IMG/VR virus record: IMGVR_UViG_3300017560_000026
Span: 1 to 33,006 of that record
Origin: a virus
Taxonomy: Duplodnaviria; Caudoviricetes
Direction: 5' to 3' (one strand)
Length of the DNA: 33,006 bases
The position numbers and the translations under genes are program-made. Of the stretch, positions 1-7,135 are shown piece after piece; position 1 is the first letter of the stretch, and every line of letters begins with the position of its first letter. Below the pieces are notes generated by a model, which did no database searches, was not told the origin of the DNA, and saw nothing but the letters and a program-made list of their open reading frames with translations.

Positions 1-43
1 ACTCGTCGCTGTAACCGGTGTCGGTGTCGCTCAGAACAAACAT
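1..43 (-). CDS. Partial CDS (N-terminus only, MFVLSDTDTGYSDE...), hypothetical, runs off the left edge
   Basis: ATG at 43-41 preceded by AGGAGAG RBS on the minus strand; open to the window edge. Confidence 0.6.
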   Translation of the reverse strand, partial: MFVLSDTDTGYSDE

Positions 44-171
44 GGTGTCTCTCCTGTCGGATGCCGCTGTGCGGCGTGCTGTAAAGCTCCTCGGTTGAGG
101 TGCTGTAAAGGACACTACGCGCTGTAAAGGGAGCACGCGGTGCGATCCACTTGATTCCTTCCACGCCGAGC

Positions 172-197
172 GGGACCGGACCCGAAGGCCCGGCCCC
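172..197 (-). terminator. GC-rich hairpin with C(UUCG)G tetraloop after the 204..587 gene (terminator or RNA-stabilising stem)
   Basis: Minus strand GGGGCCGGGCC-TTCG-GGTCCGGTCCC, 11 bp including two G-U pairs that only work on the minus strand; no U tract. Confidence 0.6.
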
Positions 198-203
198 TGC
201 CGA

Positions 204-587
204 CTACCAGCGGCCCGTCATGCTCACCGGCTGGGAGTTGAGCTCGGCGCTGACGACCTCGCCAGACTGGAAGTCGTAGATGGCCTTCTGATCGAAGGCA
301 CGAGCCACCACCAGGGCGTCAGTGCGCGATCCCTTGACGTGGACGACGCGGTCGATGTGGAAGATGCCGGTCTCGGGGTCGAGCCAGGTACCGATCAGCA
401 TGCCGCCCTCACCGGTCGCCGTCTCCGCCTCCGGCTGGAACAGCGGGGTCAGCCCGACCGCGTAGCCCCGGTGCGTGCCGTACTCAGGGGCGGGGTAGTA
501 GGGCTGCACTCCGCCGTTCTCGGTGATGAGGAACGTACCGTCAGCACGGTCGGTGGCAATGGCGATGGTTGCGTAGTCAATGAGCAT
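204..587 (-). CDS. Hypothetical 127-aa protein; C-terminal half weakly resembles phage SAM-lyase-like motif pattern
   Basis: AAGGAGA RBS, high-GC3 codon usage; motif GTWLD..G...ID..V.V...DAL..AR.FDQKAIYD. Confidence 0.8.
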   Translation of the reverse strand: MLIDYATIAIATDRADGTFLITENGGVQPYYPAPEYGTHRGYAVGLTPLFQPEAETATGEGGMLIGTWLDPETGIFHIDRVVHVKGSRTDALVVARAFDQKAIYDFQSGEVVSAELNSQPVSMTGRW

Positions 588-597
588 GATGTCTCCT

Positions 598-756
598 TTA
601 GAGTCCGTCGCGGGTATCGCGGACGGCGTCGATGATGATGGCTACAGTGAACAGAACGAGGACAGCTACCGAGGTAGCCAGTGCCGCGTATGCAAAGAAC
701 ACGATGTCTCCGATCTGAGGTGGTCGCCGTGTTGCGACCTGTAAAGATCTCATCAT
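598..756 (-). CDS. Small membrane protein (about 52 aa; start uncertain, ORF extends to 786)
   Basis: Hydrophobic stretch IVFFAYAALATSVAVLVLFTVAIII; stop abuts the RBS of the next leftward gene. Confidence 0.6.
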   Translation of the reverse strand: MMRSLQVATRRPPQIGDIVFFAYAALATSVAVLVLFTVAIIIDAVRDTRDGL

Positions 757-854
757 GCATCTTGAACCAGGGCTCAAACGATCCATTTGATTCGCCGCTA
801 CGGAGCCCGAGTTCGTGACCCCCCAGGTAACCCTACGTATCGCCTGAGCAAGCG

Positions 855-863
855 TGGTATCCT
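855..863 (+). promoter_or_regulatory. Putative extended -10 promoter (TG-n-TATCCT)
   Basis: Matches TGnTAnnnT; 7 nt upstream of the first stem of a structured region. Confidence 0.45.
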
Positions 864-869
864 TATAGA

Positions 870-1113
870 GCCCTCGCTTCCTAGGAACGGTGAGGGATAG
901 TGCCTCGGAGTGCCGATAGCTCGGCTCAGCAACGCAGGCTCAGTAACCTAGCGGCTCCGGGGCACTCTTGTGGTAACCTGATGGAGCCGTGACGTACTGG
1001 CCCCCTTCGCGGGTAGGGCGCTACTGAACTGCAACGCTTTGCATGGCGTGAATCTCCTTTCTACTAACGGAGAAGGCTCTGGAGGGCTCCCCAGCTTCCG
1101 GGGCCTTTTCTGT
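870..1113 (+). ncRNA. Candidate structured non-coding RNA (about 240 nt)
   Basis: No ORF of 60 aa or more; several stems (871-877/890-896; 899-910/955-966 enclosing two hairpins; TGCAA/TTGCA); bounded by putative -10 and a hairpin plus T tract. Confidence 0.45.
1083..1113 (+). terminator. Putative intrinsic terminator
   Basis: GGCTCC-loop-GGGGCC followed by TTTTCTGT. Confidence 0.5.
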
Positions 1114-1151
1114 GCCCGCTGTCAAGTGACCCAAAGCTTCCGGCCGCAGGG

Positions 1152-1160
1152 TGCTACCCT
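1152..1160 (+). promoter_or_regulatory. Putative extended -10 promoter (TG-C-TACCCT) for the rightward arm
   Basis: TGnTAnnnT about 30 nt upstream of the 1192 start; same GTGCTAC context as 12431-12440. Confidence 0.4.
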
Positions 1161-1191
1161 TGTCGGAGCCCACTAGCTAGGAGGTAACCCA

Positions 1192-1674
1192 ATGTCCGAT
1201 GAGAACCCGTTCGAGGACCTGAAGCAGCCGTCTTCCGCCTCGGACTCGAAGACCAAGCCCGCAGCGAAGGCCAAGGCCGCCAAGCCCGCCCCGGAGGTGA
1301 AGTCCGCCGCCGAGGACGCGCCCAACCCGCCTGCCCTTGACGACGTCACCGCCGAGGAGATCCGCAAGACCGAGGCAGCCGCTGCCAAGGTCGGCATCGA
1401 CAAGGCACCCGAGCAGGGCGAGCCGGTCACCAAGGAGGCCAAGCCCGCCACGCGCAAGAAGAAGGTCGACTTCAACAAGGCCGTCGCCGAGAAGGGCGTC
1501 CTGTCGGCGTCCTCGGGCCAGGTCGCAGCGACCATCGACATGAACCACGTCGCCGTTCCGGTGCTGAAGGTGTCGATGCTCGGCTGGGTCGGCCCGGACC
1601 CGCTGACGCTGGAGGCCACGGCCATCGCGGACATCCGGAAGGTCCTCGACGAGCTGGAGAAGCAGGCCAGCTGA
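1192..1674 (+). CDS. Hypothetical 160-aa protein, Ala/Lys/Pro-rich disordered N-terminus plus small folded C-terminal domain
   Basis: AGGAGG RBS, strong GC3 codon bias. Confidence 0.85.
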   Translation: MSDENPFEDLKQPSSASDSKTKPAAKAKAAKPAPEVKSAAEDAPNPPALDDVTAEEIRKTEAAAAKVGIDKAPEQGEPVTKEAKPATRKKKVDFNKAVAEKGVLSASSGQVAATIDMNHVAVPVLKVSMLGWVGPDPLTLEATAIADIRKVLDELEKQAS

Positions 1675-1682
1675 CCTTCGGC

Positions 1683-1731
1683 TTGACAGCAAGGGGCTGT
1701 GTTGGGATACTTAATCCTGACACAGCCCCTT
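1683..1731 (+). promoter_or_regulatory. Sigma-70/SigA-type promoter TTGACA-17-GATACT overlapped by a long inverted repeat (1691-1731) that may also terminate the upstream gene
   Basis: TTGACA 1683-1688, GATACT 1706-1711; arms AAGGGGCTGTGT/ACACAGCCCCTT. Confidence 0.7.
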
Positions 1732-1748
1732 ACTGATTGGAGGACACG

Positions 1749-1991
1749 ATGGCACTCAATAAATGGGACGATCCGGTTCCGGACGTCGCTGATCGATTCA
1801 TGACTGCGCAGAGCAGCCCGACGCCGGACGACATCGACCGTCGCAGGATCGTTCAGACCGAGATCCAGGCGAAGGTCCTGGACGCGGCACAGACGATGGC
1901 CGACCAGATCAAAGACGGACGCGAGCTCAGCCTCGCGCTCACCCACCTCGAAGAGGCCCTGATGTGGGCCGGAAAGGCGATATTCAAATGA
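1749..1991 (+). CDS. Acb2/Tad1-like helical-hairpin protein (putative immune-signal sponge), 80 aa
   Basis: GGAGGA RBS; C-terminal GRELSLALTHLEEALMWAGKAI resembles the RE.SLA.T.LEEA.MW hairpin motif of Acb2/Tad1-family proteins. Confidence 0.7.
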   Translation: MALNKWDDPVPDVADRFMTAQSSPTPDDIDRRRIVQTEIQAKVLDAAQTMADQIKDGRELSLALTHLEEALMWAGKAIFK

Positions 1992-2094
1992 GCTGGCTTA
2001 TCGTCCGACTCTCGACACGGAAGTGCCGAGGGTGTGCGGACACCTCACCCCACACCCACCACCTCACCTGGATCGGAAAGCTCAGGTACACACG

Positions 2095-2457
2095 ATGAAC
2101 ACCGACACCATGCCCGACTACTTCGAGAATGCCGACGAAGGCATCGACGAGAACGCCCCTGTCGAGAACGGCGAGCTCAGCCTGTTCGAGCTGAGCTCCG
2201 AGATGGACCGGAAGATCCTGGCTCAGTGGGCGGACACGATCATCCCCGGCATCGACATCGTCGCGCTCCAGCAGCGTGTTCGTGTCGGTGACCTCGTCCT
2301 GAACCGGCCGGGAAGCCCTGCCTTCGAGGTCTACACCCGAGGCGACAACGCGAGCTTCGAGCGAATCCAGGCCCGCCTCGGAATCCTCAACATCATCGGT
2401 GGCGACATCGACAAGGCGAAGGACCTCGACGCCTGGGTTCACGGGGACCTGGCGTGA
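2095..2457 (+). CDS. Hypothetical acidic protein, about 120 aa
   Basis: ORF with typical codon bias; stop overlaps next GTG start (GTGA). Confidence 0.8.
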   Translation: MNTDTMPDYFENADEGIDENAPVENGELSLFELSSEMDRKILAQWADTIIPGIDIVALQQRVRVGDLVLNRPGSPAFEVYTRGDNASFERIQARLGILNIIGGDIDKAKDLDAWVHGDLA

Positions 2458-2717
2458 ACGTCCGGGGGCAAGCACAGCGCGTCCGCGAGGGAATGTGGCT
2501 GCATACCGGCGACATCCTGAGCACAGCGGACACGGGTGGGAAGGGAACGCGGGTGGTCTTCATCGAGAAGATCATCTACAACTCCGACCTGACCCGGAGC
2601 TTCGTGCTTGCCCCCGTGGACGCCGTCAACCCTAAGCTGTATCGCAGCTTGACGAGCGAGAAGACTCTGCGGCAGAAGTACCGCCGCCTCAACACCAACG
2701 AAGTAAGGATCATCTGA
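2454..2717 (+). CDS. Hypothetical 87-aa beta-rich protein
   Basis: Translationally coupled at both ends (GTGA, TGATG). Confidence 0.8.
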   Translation: MNVRGQAQRVREGMWLHTGDILSTADTGGKGTRVVFIEKIIYNSDLTRSFVLAPVDAVNPKLYRSLTSEKTLRQKYRRLNTNEVRII

Positions 2718-3193
2718 TGGACATCAAGACGCTGGAGCTCATCGCCCGGCCCGTCCAGGCCACACAGTTCACAGGCGACAACTACGCCGAGCTGTCGACC
2801 TGGATTCAGGACAAGCTCTCCTTCCAGAACGTGACGGCCAACGCCGACCGCCTGTACCTGCCGAGCGTCGGCGGCACAGAGATCCTGGAGCCCGGCGACT
2901 GGGTCTTCTACGACGAGATCGACAACGTCTTCCGGGCCGCGACGGACGGGGCGGTGAAGACCCACTACCGCGAGACCGACGAACCGCTGGAAGCCTCAGG
3001 TGCAGTGTACAAAGTGAGCGTGCCTGTCGCTGAGCTGAGCGTCGAGAACGTCTTCGGGGCGCTCGAAAGGGCTCACTCCCATGTGAAGGACGAGGTGCCT
3101 GACGGCCGGGTGATCTCTCTCGATCTCGGGACCGACTACGACATGAACCTTCGGGCAGTGGAGGTGCAGGTCCTCAAGGCTGAGGAGCTGTAA
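2717..3193 (+). CDS. 158-aa protein; N-terminal domain resembles the widespread phage PVxAxQFTGxN...PGDW family, plus an extra C-terminal domain
   Basis: RPVQATQFTGDN...LPSVGG...LEPGDWVFYD...F...HY pattern; coupled to neighbours. Confidence 0.8.
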   Translation: MDIKTLELIARPVQATQFTGDNYAELSTWIQDKLSFQNVTANADRLYLPSVGGTEILEPGDWVFYDEIDNVFRAATDGAVKTHYRETDEPLEASGAVYKVSVPVAELSVENVFGALERAHSHVKDEVPDGRVISLDLGTDYDMNLRAVEVQVLKAEEL

Positions 3194-3726
3194 TGGCTGT
3201 AAAGATCCATCGAGTGCAGCGCAACCCCCTCGACTGGGCGCTCGACAAGCTCGGTATGACGCGAGTCGAGTTCCAGGTCGAGGGGGGCTACAGCAAGCCC
3301 TACCTCCTGCGGCTGAGCCAGGGACGGCACTCCCACATGGGCGACCGCGTCCTGACGGATCTCTACCGCATCGCCGGGGAGAAGGGCATCGACCTCGACG
3401 ACGAGATCACGGGCGTCTATGGCCCGTCCATCGATCTCGCCAGCGCCTACGAGCACTGGATCTACGAGCATCGAGCCGCTCAGACGATGCCCGACCCAGT
3501 GCGCGACTCCGACATGAACCCGTTCATGCGACTCGTCAAGGCGGTAGGCTCGGTCTCGCGCATGTCAGCACTGCTGGCAGCTCCGGACCAGCTCGTCGAA
3601 CGCTACGCCAAGGGCGTCTCGTACACGATGCCGATGCCGGTGATGGCAGCCCTGACCGACATGGGGTATCCGCACACGGCAGCGCTGGAGGCGTCGATGA
3701 GGAAGTGGGGCGAGAACCATGCTTGA
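3193..3726 (+). CDS. Tandem XRE-like HTH DNA-binding protein, 177 aa
   Basis: Two repeats: NPLDWALDKLGMTRVEF...YLLRLSQG and NPFMRLVKAVGSVSRMS...LVERYAKG. Confidence 0.65.
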   Translation: MAVKIHRVQRNPLDWALDKLGMTRVEFQVEGGYSKPYLLRLSQGRHSHMGDRVLTDLYRIAGEKGIDLDDEITGVYGPSIDLASAYEHWIYEHRAAQTMPDPVRDSDMNPFMRLVKAVGSVSRMSALLAAPDQLVERYAKGVSYTMPMPVMAALTDMGYPHTAALEASMRKWGENHA

Positions 3727-3844
3727 GGCACGAGTGCCTGACCCGGCCATGTACGAGGTCGTCGGTCCGCTGTGGCTCGTTGCCGGACTGCTCCTGCTCG
3801 TCGGGGCGGGGTGGCTGATCGATAGGTGGCAGAACCGTGGCTGA
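3719..3844 (+). CDS. Small single-TM membrane protein, 41 aa (absent from ORF track)
   Basis: MLEARVPDPAMYEVVGPLWLVAGLLLLVGAGWLIDRWQNRG*; fills the gap and overlaps both neighbours by 8 nt. Confidence 0.65.
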   Translation: MLEARVPDPAMYEVVGPLWLVAGLLLLVGAGWLIDRWQNRG

Positions 3845-4574
3845 GCAGGTCTTCTCTCTCGACGACGACGACTCGGTCGTGGTCGTCCAGCAGGATGGCA
3901 GGGTCAAGCGATCTCCGGTGCCGGAGGGCTTCGACCCTGTCGTCTTCCGCGACATACTGGCGGCCGTCAACATCGCCTACACCCGGCTCGGCTACATGCC
4001 CTCTATCGACGAGGTCTACGCGCTCTGGAAGAACATCCCGAAGAAGACCTACTCGAAGGCGTGGTCCACAGACGAGTTTGCCGAGGCGCTGGAGATCCGA
4101 GGCATCACAGCCAGCCGGGACTCCGGCATCAGCCCGCTTCAGGCGATGGCGATCCAGCTCCTGTCGGACCCGACCGACCGCCGCACGCTGAACACGAAGC
4201 TGCGGCAGCTCGGCGTCTCGATGCCGCAGTACCAGAACTGGATGCGGCAGCCGCTGTTCGCCCAGACGCTCACTCAGAGGTCAGAGCAGAACCTCGGAGA
4301 CGCTGTCCACGTCGCCATGAACAAGCTGATCGGCAACGCCGACGCCGGGGACCAGCGGGCCATCGAAAAGGTGCTGGAGATCTCCGGGCGGTACAACCCG
4401 CAGCAGCAGGAGGTCAACAACGCCCGACAGGTGGTGCTCGTTCTGGTGGAGGCTGTGCTGAAGCATGTATCCTCGAAGGACGAGAAGAACGCGATCCTCG
4501 CGGAAGTGGAGGCCGTCATGCAGAAGGGCTCCGTCATGAACTCGTTGAACACGATGAAGGGGTTGGAGGAGTAG
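3837..4574 (+). CDS. HTH protein, probable terminase small subunit
   Basis: SPLQAMAIQLL...LGVSMPQYQNWMRQPLF HTH followed by AGDQRAIEKVLEISG helix pair seen in TerS-like proteins. Confidence 0.55.
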   Translation: MAEQVFSLDDDDSVVVVQQDGRVKRSPVPEGFDPVVFRDILAAVNIAYTRLGYMPSIDEVYALWKNIPKKTYSKAWSTDEFAEALEIRGITASRDSGISPLQAMAIQLLSDPTDRRTLNTKLRQLGVSMPQYQNWMRQPLFAQTLTQRSEQNLGDAVHVAMNKLIGNADAGDQRAIEKVLEISGRYNPQQQEVNNARQVVLVLVEAVLKHVSSKDEKNAILAEVEAVMQKGSVMNSLNTMKGLEE

Positions 4575-4882
4575 TGCCTGCCTTTACAGCACGAGTCAAT
4601 TTCTACCTCCCTGGCGGAGGGTCGCTCAACATCGGTGGCGACGACGAGGTCGCGGACATCGACCGCATCAACCAGAACCTCCAGAAGATCGATGAGTTTC
4701 TCGGCATCCCTGACGCCGTGAGCTTCCCTGCCGACCCGTTCCCCGGCCAGGCCGTCACGATCAACGGGAACAGCTTCCGCTGGCGGGATGACGCCGGTCG
4801 ATGGGACCAGCTGACTGTCCCGGTCGGGAAGACTGCTCCCGCCAACCCCGAAGAGGGCTGGCTCTGGGTGGACACAAACTGA
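4574..4882 (+). CDS. Small virion or tail-fibre anchor protein, 102 aa
   Basis: GTG start after GGAGGAG; FYLP..DEVADIDRINQNLQKID resembles tail-fibre N-termini; ends GKTAPANPEEGWLWVDT. Confidence 0.65.
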   Translation: MPAFTARVNFYLPGGGSLNIGGDDEVADIDRINQNLQKIDEFLGIPDAVSFPADPFPGQAVTINGNSFRWRDDAGRWDQLTVPVGKTAPANPEEGWLWVDTN

Positions 4883-4883
4883 C

Positions 4884-6011
4884 ATGCCTACCCTCACGCT
4901 CCCTGGAACGGACAGCCCGGCGACGACAAGCTACATCTCGCCGGGCGGTTCGTTCTACATCTACAGCAACGTGACCGTGCCGCAAGGCCGGGCAATGGCG
5001 AACGGCAGTCGGAACATCCGCACCGTCAGCCTGAGCCTATACGTCGCAGGCAGGTCCGGGACGGTCAATATCCGGCCGTACTTCGCGGGAGCTCGTGGAA
5101 GCTACACGGGATACGGTGCGCAGGGCACGCCGACGAAGAAGACGATGAGCGTCAACGTGCAGACGGCGGGAGGCGGCACCTTCCCCTATGGCATCTACTG
5201 GGGCGGCGGCGGCGTCAACTTCCGCCGAGGCGGCGGAGGCAGCACGGAGTCCTCCGGATCGAGCAGCTGGGGCTCCTCCCTGTCGGGGACCCTCCAGTGG
5301 GCACAGGCTCCGGAGGCCCCTACCCCCATCGGGGTCGACTCTGCTACGAGCTCCTCTCTGCGAGCTCGGTTCTCCGCGAACGACAACGGCGGGATGACGA
5401 CGACCGGATGGGTCTTGCGGTACAGCAAGAGCTCGAATATGTCCGGAGCGAAGACCGTCGCATCTAGTGGCACCACCACCGTAACGGGCCTGGACCCGGA
5501 CACGACCTACTACTTCCAGGCGGCCGGGCGCAATCCCGTCACGGACTACGAGGACACCACCGGGCCGTGGTCGACGACGTTCAGCGGCAAGACGCTCTCG
5601 GCGACACCGGGACCGCCGAAGCTGAGCAGGACGGCCATCGGGGCGACCCAGACGAAGCTGACATGGACGGCACCGAACAGTGGCGGCTCGTCGATCACCG
5701 GCTACCGGGTTCAGTACAGCAAGAACTCGAACTTCTCCGGGGCGACGAACGTTGATCTCGGCAACGTGCTCACCTGGACCTCGCCAGTCCTCGACACAGG
5801 GAACTGGTACTTCCGCGTACTGGCGAAGAACGCCAACGGCAACGGCACCTGGAGCAACGTCGTCACGAGCAACATCACCCGAACCGGCTATCCAAAGGTG
5901 CAGCTGAGTGGGGACTTTGTCGGCAAGCCAGTGAAGGTATACTTGTCCGGTAACTGGGCGATCAAGCCCATGAAGGTTTATCAGGGCGGCCAGTGGGTCA
6001 CCTTGCTGTAA
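4884..6011 (+). CDS. Minor virion protein with two fibronectin type III domains, 375 aa
   Basis: VTGLDPDTTYYFQAAGRN...GPWS and LTWTAP..GGSSITGYRVQY...YFRVLAKNANGNGTWS FN3 signatures. Confidence 0.85.
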   Translation: MPTLTLPGTDSPATTSYISPGGSFYIYSNVTVPQGRAMANGSRNIRTVSLSLYVAGRSGTVNIRPYFAGARGSYTGYGAQGTPTKKTMSVNVQTAGGGTFPYGIYWGGGGVNFRRGGGGSTESSGSSSWGSSLSGTLQWAQAPEAPTPIGVDSATSSSLRARFSANDNGGMTTTGWVLRYSKSSNMSGAKTVASSGTTTVTGLDPDTTYYFQAAGRNPVTDYEDTTGPWSTTFSGKTLSATPGPPKLSRTAIGATQTKLTWTAPNSGGSSITGYRVQYSKNSNFSGATNVDLGNVLTWTSPVLDTGNWYFRVLAKNANGNGTWSNVVTSNITRTGYPKVQLSGDFVGKPVKVYLSGNWAIKPMKVYQGGQWVTLL

Positions 6012-6022
6012 AGGGAGGCGAG

Positions 6023-6670
6023 ATGAGCTACCAGTACGAACGAATCGACGGCCAGCGGGTCGAGAAGAACGTCGCCGCTGCCTTCCGGGCGCTGCGGTTG
6101 GCTTTCGAGAAGGAGTTCAGCCTCGACCTGCTCGTGACCAGCGGCACCCGCACGGCGGCCGAGCAGAAGAAGCTCCGTGACGCCCACCTCGCAGGCCGAG
6201 GCGGGCTTGCAGCCCCTGTCGGCTTCTCCAACCACGAAGAGAACGGGCCTCGCGGCCCACGAGCTCTCGACGTGCGGGACAGCGGTTGGGACGCTGGTGT
6301 CACGCGAGCGGGCAGCGTCCGTGCGAAGTGGCTTCGGGCCAACGCCTCGCGGTTCGGCTTCAACCCCGCAGGCTACGGTTTCTCGCAGGTTGAGCCGTGG
6401 CACATCGAGTTCACCGGCACTGTCGGCAAGTACGCAGCCCCGGCGAGCACCCCCAACAAGACCCCCGCTGGAGTCCCCAGCACGACGTCCGAGGAGGACA
6501 CGATGATCATCAACATCAAGGGCAAGGCAGGCGCTCGACGCGGCGGTCTGTACCTCATTCAGGGCTCGCAGGCTACGTTCCTGGGGCCTCACGCAGGCAA
6601 GGGCTTCCCCACCCTGACGGATGAGACGGAGATCCGCAACCTCCAGCGCCGGGTCAACGGTATCGGCTGA
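6023..6670 (+). CDS. Endolysin, M15-family Zn peptidase
   Basis: GGGAGG RBS; SGTRT..EQ, SNHE, ALDV and EPWH motifs; upstream of membrane genes. Confidence 0.85.
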   Translation: MSYQYERIDGQRVEKNVAAAFRALRLAFEKEFSLDLLVTSGTRTAAEQKKLRDAHLAGRGGLAAPVGFSNHEENGPRGPRALDVRDSGWDAGVTRAGSVRAKWLRANASRFGFNPAGYGFSQVEPWHIEFTGTVGKYAAPASTPNKTPAGVPSTTSEEDTMIINIKGKAGARRGGLYLIQGSQATFLGPHAGKGFPTLTDETEIRNLQRRVNGIG

Positions 6671-6674
6671 CCTC

Positions 6675-7133
6675 ATGCAGTTCAAGGAGATCCTTGAGAA
6701 CGTCGACCTGTGGACAGCTGTCCTGTGGATACTGCTGGCTGCGGGGATAATCCTGGCAATGGTGAAGGGCTTTCCGGTCATCCGGAAGTTCGTCGCCTTC
6801 GTCAACGACGTCGCAGGAGAAGAGGCTCGGCCCGGTCGAGAAGCCAGGCCGGGCCTCTTCGAGCGACTCCAAGGGATCGAGTACACGCAGCGACAGGTGG
6901 CGACGAAGGTGAACCTCGTTCATCACGAACTGTTCCCGAACAGTGGCAAGAGCCTTCGAGATCAGACCAACAGGATTGAGGAGAAGGTCAATCTCGACTA
7001 CCGTGAGATCGCAAGCCTGAAGCAGTCCGTCCAGCGTCTCGAAGAGCTGCACGGGATCACGGAGCAGAAGCTCGACGAGACTCTGTCGACGCAGACTGAT
7101 ATCCTGAACGCAGTAACCGACTCCGAGGAGTAA
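6675..7133 (+). CDS. Membrane-anchored coiled-coil protein of the lysis cassette
   Basis: N-terminal TM LWTAVLWILLAAGIILAMV; PNSGKSLRDQ motif and coiled coil; between endolysin and holin. Confidence 0.75.
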   Translation: MQFKEILENVDLWTAVLWILLAAGIILAMVKGFPVIRKFVAFVNDVAGEEARPGREARPGLFERLQGIEYTQRQVATKVNLVHHELFPNSGKSLRDQTNRIEEKVNLDYREIASLKQSVQRLEELHGITEQKLDETLSTQTDILNAVTDSEE

Positions 7134-7135
7134 CC

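Larger units (their letters stand above)
143..793 (-). repeat. 15-bp motif CGATCCAYTTGATTC, two copies (143-157, 779-793), each upstream of a leftward gene
   Basis: 14 of 15 identical, both in regions upstream of leftward starts. Confidence 0.75.

Noticed and set aside
76-130. Tandem repeats as a mini-CRISPR array
   Set aside because: Repeats are only 11 bp with 8-13 nt spacers and there are no cas genes; treated as a binding-site cluster.
899-966. tRNA or SAM-riboswitch interpretation of the multi-stem structure
   Set aside because: No T-loop/D-loop consensus or CCA end, only three helices, and no SAM-I core consensus.
826-1189. Four GTAACC copies in the divergence region (also near 7113, 7130, 12439)
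   Set aside because: Only a 6-mer with inconsistent flanks; cannot separate it from chance without statistics.
4061-4882. 273-aa ORF-track call, and similar upstream extensions at 5993, 7297, 9442, 17992 and 21105
   Set aside because: The extensions overlap upstream genes out of frame; coupled downstream starts fit better.
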